From contig CAVXZB010000059.1 in the NCBI GenBank assembly GCA_963765895.1, forward strand, positions 1 to 64,000: a DNA stretch of 64,000 bases. Reading direction: 5' to 3'. Both the position numbers and the translations under genes were made by a program. This document shows positions 57,753 through 64,000 of this stretch, piece by piece. Position 1 is the first letter of the stretch; every line of letters starts with the position of its first letter. Below the pieces are notes generated by a model that saw only the letters and a program-made list of their open reading frames with translations, had not been told where the DNA came from and searched no databases. The stretch is from an uncultured Nitrososphaeraceae archaeon. Its GTDB lineage: Archaea; Thermoproteota; Nitrososphaeria; Nitrososphaerales; Nitrososphaeraceae.

Positions 57753-60356
57753 ATGGCTAATACAGTAATATATCTTGTACCACATACGCATTATGACGCA
57801 ATATGGGTATTCAATAAGGAAGACTACTACTATATCAATATAGAATTTATTCTAAAGCAGGCTGTGCAGCTAATGAAGACCACAGATTACAAGTTCCTGA
57901 TCGAACAAACTTTTCTTTTAGAGCACATCGAAAATGAGTATCCAGAACTCTTTACTGACATAAAGACTTTAGCAAGAGAAAACAAAATTGAGGTGGCTGG
58001 TGGGCAGTACCTATTATCAGATGTAATGCTGCCTGATGGAGAGGTGTTGATAAAAGAGATAGTAGAGGGGAAAAAATATGTCAAGGAAAAACTGCATCAA
58101 GATGTTCTTGTTGCGTGGGGATCTGATGAATTTGGATTTAATGCACAATGGCCACAGATTCTGCGGGGTTGTGGATACAAATATTTTGCGTTTAGGAGAG
58201 GTCTGGATAAACCCAAACCATCAGAATTTTTGTGGGAAGGGTTAGACGGATCCAGCATTATTTGCCATTGGATGCCTTTGGGATATAGAGCAGGCCTTGA
58301 TCTAACAACATTGGATAAATCTTATAATGAATTAAGAAAGTTTGCAGCATCTAATCAGATTTTAATGCCTTCTGGTAGCGGAGTGATGGGCCCACAGCCA
58401 GAAACCTCGGCTGTGGTAAAGAAATGGAATGAACATGATCATCAAGATAACGCGAGGATGATTATCGCAACACCACTAGAATTTTTCAAATCTTTAGAAA
58501 AGGAGAAAGTTGACTTCCAGATAAGAAAGGGCGAAATGTATTCAGGCAGACTGTCTGAAGTGTTTCCTGATAGTACCTCATCAAGGATGTGGATTAAACA
58601 ACGTACAAAAAAATATGAAAGCTCTCTACTCACATTAGAAAGGTTGGATACTATTTGTAATTTGGAAGGATGTGCTAGTATTCTAACACCAGATCAGCTT
58701 AAGGAATATTGGAAAAAGATTCTTTTTATAGCCATGCACGATGCATTACCAGGCACAGGAATTGACGAAGTATATGAAGAAATCAGAAATATATTTGATG
58801 ATGTAGAGAATACATTAAGCAAAACTATTTTGGCTCATGTTAGTGAACTGGGTAAGAGCGTAAAGGGTGAACCTGATCTGATTATATTTAACCCACTTTC
58901 ATGGGAGGTCAGAAATTGGTGCGAGTCTGATTTAGAATTTGATGAAGGTATAGTCAAAGGGATTGTAGGCTTGAATTCGGTAAAAGATGATGCTGAGAAT
59001 AGTGGAGAAACATTTGATCTGGAGACTCTAGATCATACTCTTCATCCGGATGGAAGTATTAAGACGATAAGAATAGGTTTTATTCCTACAGTACCTGCTT
59101 TAGGATTCTCCACATATAAAATAATTAAAGGTGGAAATTGGTCTAGGAGTGATTCTAGTACTATTCATTCTTCCAACGAGATAGGTTTTAAGCAGAAGAT
59201 TATTGATGGTTTTGAAATACAAGTAGATCCTGATAATGGGGTTGTTACTGTGTTTAAGAATGATATAATGTATTTTAAGGGAAATGAACTAAGTGTAGAG
59301 GAAGAATTAGGTGATCTATATTATCATAGGGGAAATCTAGGATTACTTAAGTCTGAAACTGGAAAAGGAGTCAAATATGGTGCCTTTAAAGCAGACAATT
59401 TTAGAACATCAAAAGGCAAATTAAGGTCCCATATTACATTGGATAGTAATTATTATGCACTGCGTTGGCCATATAGATTGACCGATAAATTAAAGCCAGT
59501 ATTGTTTAGACATAAATACATAGAGATAAAGAAAGAAATAATTATATACAATGAATTGTCGCGTATCGATTTTATAACACACATACATGACCGACATCCC
59601 CATTCTCGAATTAGAGTGGGATTTGAAACTCCAATAAACTCTAAAAGCTACTGGTCAGGAACGCAGTTTGGTGCGATAAGAAGAAAGACAAATCAATTTT
59701 ATTCTAGCCAAAAGAATACGAAAATGAGTGAAAAGCCAACAGGAGTCTTTCCTTCACTTGAATGGATTGATTATTCAAACGATAACCATGGAGTAAGCGT
59801 CTTACACCAAGGGATTCCGTCTCATGAAATTAGAGATCATTCAATTTATTTAACATTATTACGAAGTGTAGTCGTACTCTCCTCAGATGGGATAATGGGA
59901 CCATGCGTACCAACTCTTGATGCAGCTGAAATAAGACCATACACATTCAGATATTCGGTACTACCTCATGATGGTGATTGGAAAAAGGCAGCAAGTTACC
60001 GATATGGAATGGAGATTAATATGCCATTAGTTTCAATACAAATCACGAAGAAGATCGGAGATACTAAACGTAAGAATAGATATCTTGGTAGATTCTCTTT
60101 TTTGGAAATCAGACCTAAAAACATTCTCCTTAGTGCACTTAGGATGAGTGAAGATAACAAGTCAGTTATCGTTAGACTTTTTGAGACAGAAGGAAAAAGA
60201 GCTGTTGCCAGTCTAAAATTTAGCAAAATTATAAAATCAGTAGTCATTACAGACTTAGTCGAAAATGAGATTAAAAAGCTTAAACAATTTAAAAATGATA
60301 CCTTACAAATAGAAGTCGAACCATATAAAATTGTCACCTTAAAGTTGGAATTTTAG
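57753..60356 (+). CDS. glycoside hydrolase family 38 alpha-mannosidase
   Basis: VPHTHYDAIW (HxD Zn ligands), WGSDEFG (nucleophile Asp), MHDALPGT, LTLLRS; intact 867 aa. Confidence 0.92.
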   Translation: MANTVIYLVPHTHYDAIWVFNKEDYYYINIEFILKQAVQLMKTTDYKFLIEQTFLLEHIENEYPELFTDIKTLARENKIEVAGGQYLLSDVMLPDGEVLIKEIVEGKKYVKEKLHQDVLVAWGSDEFGFNAQWPQILRGCGYKYFAFRRGLDKPKPSEFLWEGLDGSSIICHWMPLGYRAGLDLTTLDKSYNELRKFAASNQILMPSGSGVMGPQPETSAVVKKWNEHDHQDNARMIIATPLEFFKSLEKEKVDFQIRKGEMYSGRLSEVFPDSTSSRMWIKQRTKKYESSLLTLERLDTICNLEGCASILTPDQLKEYWKKILFIAMHDALPGTGIDEVYEEIRNIFDDVENTLSKTILAHVSELGKSVKGEPDLIIFNPLSWEVRNWCESDLEFDEGIVKGIVGLNSVKDDAENSGETFDLETLDHTLHPDGSIKTIRIGFIPTVPALGFSTYKIIKGGNWSRSDSSTIHSSNEIGFKQKIIDGFEIQVDPDNGVVTVFKNDIMYFKGNELSVEEELGDLYYHRGNLGLLKSETGKGVKYGAFKADNFRTSKGKLRSHITLDSNYYALRWPYRLTDKLKPVLFRHKYIEIKKEIIIYNELSRIDFITHIHDRHPHSRIRVGFETPINSKSYWSGTQFGAIRRKTNQFYSSQKNTKMSEKPTGVFPSLEWIDYSNDNHGVSVLHQGIPSHEIRDHSIYLTLLRSVVVLSSDGIMGPCVPTLDAAEIRPYTFRYSVLPHDGDWKKAASYRYGMEINMPLVSIQITKKIGDTKRKNRYLGRFSFLEIRPKNILLSALRMSEDNKSVIVRLFETEGKRAVASLKFSKIIKSVVITDLVENEIKKLKQFKNDTLQIEVEPYKIVTLKLEF

Positions 60357-61043
60357 TACTTCTTCTTTCCTTTTTTTGGCTTCCACGATAACATGGCCAT
60401 TTGGATTGACTATAATACTACCACCGATACTCACTAACCCATTATGCATACCTACAGCATCGGCCTTGGCGACATATATCTTATTTTCTAATGCTCTAAC
60501 TATGGGAAATGATTTGTTTTTTCTCTCTTTTTTTAATGCTTCTTCTTTACTATAATAATGCGATGATAAATAGAATAAGATTTTAACATGTCTGTATTTC
60601 ATTGCTAGCATAGGGTTATTTTGATCTCTACATATAAGGACACCACACTTGATTCCGTTTATATCAAATACAAGTGTAGTTTTGCCTATAGCGAAATATT
60701 TCTTGTCGTATTCTGTCAAGTTGTTCTTATAGTATGTTAATAAAGATGTATTTGGTCTAATGACTAAAGCACTATTATAGATTCTACTATTCGAATACCA
60801 TGATGAACCAACCACGAGAGAAATGCCGTATGAATTTGATGCTTGCTGCAACTTTTCTATCCCATTTCTTATTTGTTCCCATTTCATTTTGTGATGGTCA
60901 ACTATGTAACCGGAGAGAGCACATTCAGGAAAACATAAAAGGTCCAATTTACTTTTATGGGCATCGCGAATATGGCTTAGGATCTTTAACACGTTCTTGT
61001 TTATTTCTGATGTTAATCGCATTTGTATGATTCCGATTCGCAT
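60339..61043 (-). CDS. carbon-nitrogen hydrolase (nitrilase superfamily)
   Basis: CFPECALSGY (E), YYKNNL (K), GVLICRD (C), RALEN; likely start MRIGIIQM at 61043. Confidence 0.9.
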   Translation of the reverse strand: MRIGIIQMRLTSEINKNVLKILSHIRDAHKSKLDLLCFPECALSGYIVDHHKMKWEQIRNGIEKLQQASNSYGISLVVGSSWYSNSRIYNSALVIRPNTSLLTYYKNNLTEYDKKYFAIGKTTLVFDINGIKCGVLICRDQNNPMLAMKYRHVKILFYLSSHYYSKEEALKKERKNKSFPIVRALENKIYVAKADAVGMHNGLVSIGGSIIVNPNGHVIVEAKKRKEEVLKFQL

Positions 61044-61841
61044 ATTACTATCTACTGTTAATAATTCAGAAAACCTATCTAAAAACTTAAGCATATTGCA
61101 CAGTGTTGAAGAATTCACTCTATAGATATCGTGTCAATTATAGATCTTGAATTGCACTCAACATCATCAATTTCATCCTTGATACTGATATAATCCATTG
61201 TCTTGTTCGTTCATCGTCAGGAAATTCCTGCCATGAATGTGTACCTACACTACTCTGTGCATATAGTGAATTGTCCTTGATTGTTATTGCCGTATGGTTT
61301 TGCGCATAACTCATAGACAAGTATTGTCTCGAGCTTTTGCTTTTGCTGCTTCTTCTGCTTTTCAGTTATAATCACAACTCTATAAGCTAGCGCAAATGTT
61401 ATTCATTACTGATCACCGTGCTGCAAGACTGCGACAACTATGCTCATATTAATACTTTATCTGTACAAAAATTTGATCACTTTAGGCGCATTTAGTTAAT
61501 TCTTTTGAACCAAGTATAATCAATCCATATGCCATATAGGGGTATCATGATATACTCAACCCACAGCTAATACGCCGCCTGTTGTAGACACCAATAACAC
61601 TAACAATAACAATGCCAGGACTACAACCACAACAATATCAAGAGTAACCCAACTGGTCAACGGGCTAACCAATTGATGAGCCATCGGCTACAACTATTGT
61701 AAAACTACAAGCAGATGGTAACGAGTATATTAGTATGGGAAAAACAAAGCTAAATGTAAAGATACTATCTACTATTATGTAATGTTTTTTAGAACTGTGA
61801 CCCTACAATTTTTATTGTTGAAATACTATAGTTAAATTTTT

Positions 61842-63824
61842 TTGCAAAAAGACAAAAGTTATATCGATAGTAATATTACTAACAATATATTAACAATTTA
61901 CAATTACCCTCTAAAAGTAAGTAAAATTGTATTATTTGCAAGAAGATATCCTATACCAGTTTTTGCAGTTTTGGGATTACTCTTAGGTGCCATCTATTAT
62001 GTATCAGATCAATCTGTTGCGGGACAATGGATTTGGTTTTCGACATTAATTATTGGAGGAATTCCTGTTGTGTGGGGTACTATAAAGGGAATGATCCATC
62101 GTCATTTTGCTTCTGATATAGTAGCAATGCTGGCAATTATTGCAGCTATCTTAACAAATGAAGCTTCACCGGGAGTAGTTATTGTCATAATGCAAACTGG
62201 TGGTAAAGCACTAGAGGATTATGCATTTAGAAGAGCTTCATCTTCGCTGGATGAATTAATGGCTAGATCTCCACGCATTGCATATAGAAAAATGAGGAAA
62301 GTAAATAATAACAACAATAGTACTAATTATGACGGTATTGAAGATCAAAGATTAGAAGAAATAAAAGTAACCGATGTTCGAATCGGTGATTTACTTGTAG
62401 TACGATCGGGCGATCTTATTCCTGTCGATGGAATGATAATCTCCGGTCGAGCACAAATTGATGAATCCGCACTTACTGGAGAACCTTTACCAAAAAACAA
62501 AGGCGTTAGTGATGAGGTCTTTAGTGGCACTATTAATGCAGGAGGAAATGCCTTTGAAATTCAAGCCAGTAAAGTTAGCGAGGATAGTCAGTATGCTAAA
62601 ATAGTGCAGCTAGTGCGGAAAGCCCAAGAAGAGAAAGCCCCAATACAACGGCTTGCAGATAGATATGCATTATGGTTTACTCCAATAACACTAGCAATAA
62701 GTGGATTTGGTTGGCTCATAACACAAAATCCACAGACTATCTTATCTGTCCTTGTTGTTGCTACTCCATGTTCACTTATATTTGCAACTCCTGTAGCTAT
62801 TATGAGTGGAATAAATAGATGTGCAAAGATAGGAATTATAATAAAGACTGGAGCTGCAATTGAACAGATAGGTAAATCACAAGCAGTTGTATTTGATAAA
62901 ACAGGCACTATTACTTACGGATCTCCTGTTGTAGAGGACATTGTTGTTTTAACAAAAGGTGGCAAAATAATACAAGAAGAGGTCGATAATAATAGTATTA
63001 ATAACAATAATAACAATACTGTCATTACTAACAACAATAACAATGCTTCAGATGATCTATTACTCAAAGCTGCTGGAATAGAGCAAATGTCTTCTCATCC
63101 AGCAGCTCGTGTAATTGTCCAAAAAGCCAAAGAAAAGTTTGGTAGTATTTTATTGGCTATTCCAAGAAATTTTCATGAAATAGCTGGGGCTGGGGTAGAA
63201 GGTGATATTAATGGTGAACACATTATAGTTGGTTCACAAAGACTTTTTGAAAATAATGACAACAATAAATATCATCATCAGGAACAGCAACAGCAGCAAT
63301 TAGAATTTGATAAGAAATTACTACTAAATACTATAAAGAAACGAGGTGAAGGAAAGATGATTGCATTCATAGGTATCGACAGTCTTTTTGTAGGAGCTAT
63401 AGTACTTGGTGATAAGATAAGGTCAGGAGTTGATGTGATGATGCAACGTCTTCAAAAGCTTGGAGTAAAAGAAACAGTTATGCTTACAGGAGATAGCTTT
63501 GACAGCGCAAAGGTTATTGCCAAACAAGCAGCCGTCACTAATTTTGAATTTAACCTTTTGCCGGAGCAGAAGGTATTGGCAATAAAGAAATTGAAGGAAC
63601 AGTATGAGAATATTGTCATGGTTGGTGATGGAATTAACGATGCTCCTGCATTGGCAGCCGCTACAGTAGGTGTTGCCATGGGAGCTAAAGGAACAGCAAT
63701 ATCAGCTGAGGCCGCGGATATGGTGTTGCTAGTAGATGATGTCACGAAAGTTGCTGATGTATTAGAAATAGGTCAGAGAACAATACAAATAGCAAAGCAG
63801 AGTATTTACGTTGGGTTAGGAGTC
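61842..63824 (+). pseudogene. heavy-metal P1B-type ATPase truncated by IS insertion
   Basis: DESALTGE, VVATPCSL, FDKTGT, SSHP, MLTGD, GDGINDAPALA; native sequence ends at QSIYVGLGV where the IS terminal repeat begins. Confidence 0.92.
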
Positions 63825-64000
63825 GGCTATGTAGAAAACATCATCAATATTACAAGATTAGTCAGTCTATGCATATTGTAGGTGATACATCTAAATGATA
63901 ACTCTCTGTTCTGCATTCTAGTCAATCTAGACATAAGATGCTCTCCAAATAGTCGTTTTATGACTGATATTATGGTTTCATCTTTGTTTCGTTGATTGTA
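63825..64000 (-). mobile_element. second copy of the IS903-like element (right end only, runs off the window)
   Basis: 63825-64000 is the reverse complement of 8803-8978 with no mismatch that I could find, starting at IR GGCTATGTAGAAAACATC. Confidence 0.95.

Noticed and set aside
60339-60356. Convergent 18-bp overlap of GH38 and carbon-nitrogen hydrolase as a functional link
   Set aside because: Short tail-to-tail overlaps are common; nothing else ties the two genes together.

Overview
AT-rich archaeal DNA whose gene content points to a soil ammonia-oxidising archaeon (Nitrososphaerales/Thaumarchaeota; inferred from the TFB paralogue, several orphan receiver-domain proteins, PQQ sugar dehydrogenases, F420-dependent LLM enzymes and patatins). 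It is an accessory region with many genes broken by frameshifts or stops. The centre (about 20.1-42.4 kb) looks like a decayed, mosaic integrated element, with a split MCM-like helicase at the left and a split tyrosine integrase at the right. Inside it are three clusters of 9-bp-period ATCTGAC/GTCAGAT triplets, two further inverted-repeat clusters, two patatin genes, a duplicated 11-6-11 att/dif-like site and a duplicated non-coding segment of about 260 bp. To the right is a cluster of four DUF2795-like genes (two fused to C2H2-type zinc fingers) next to tfb. An IS5-family (IS903-like) element is present complete at 8031-8978 with a 9-bp target duplication; a second copy, identical over the 176 bp visible, truncates a P1B-type ATPase at the window end. 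I recognised no rRNA, tRNA or CRISPR array. All family assignments come from motif recognition by eye, not database searches.
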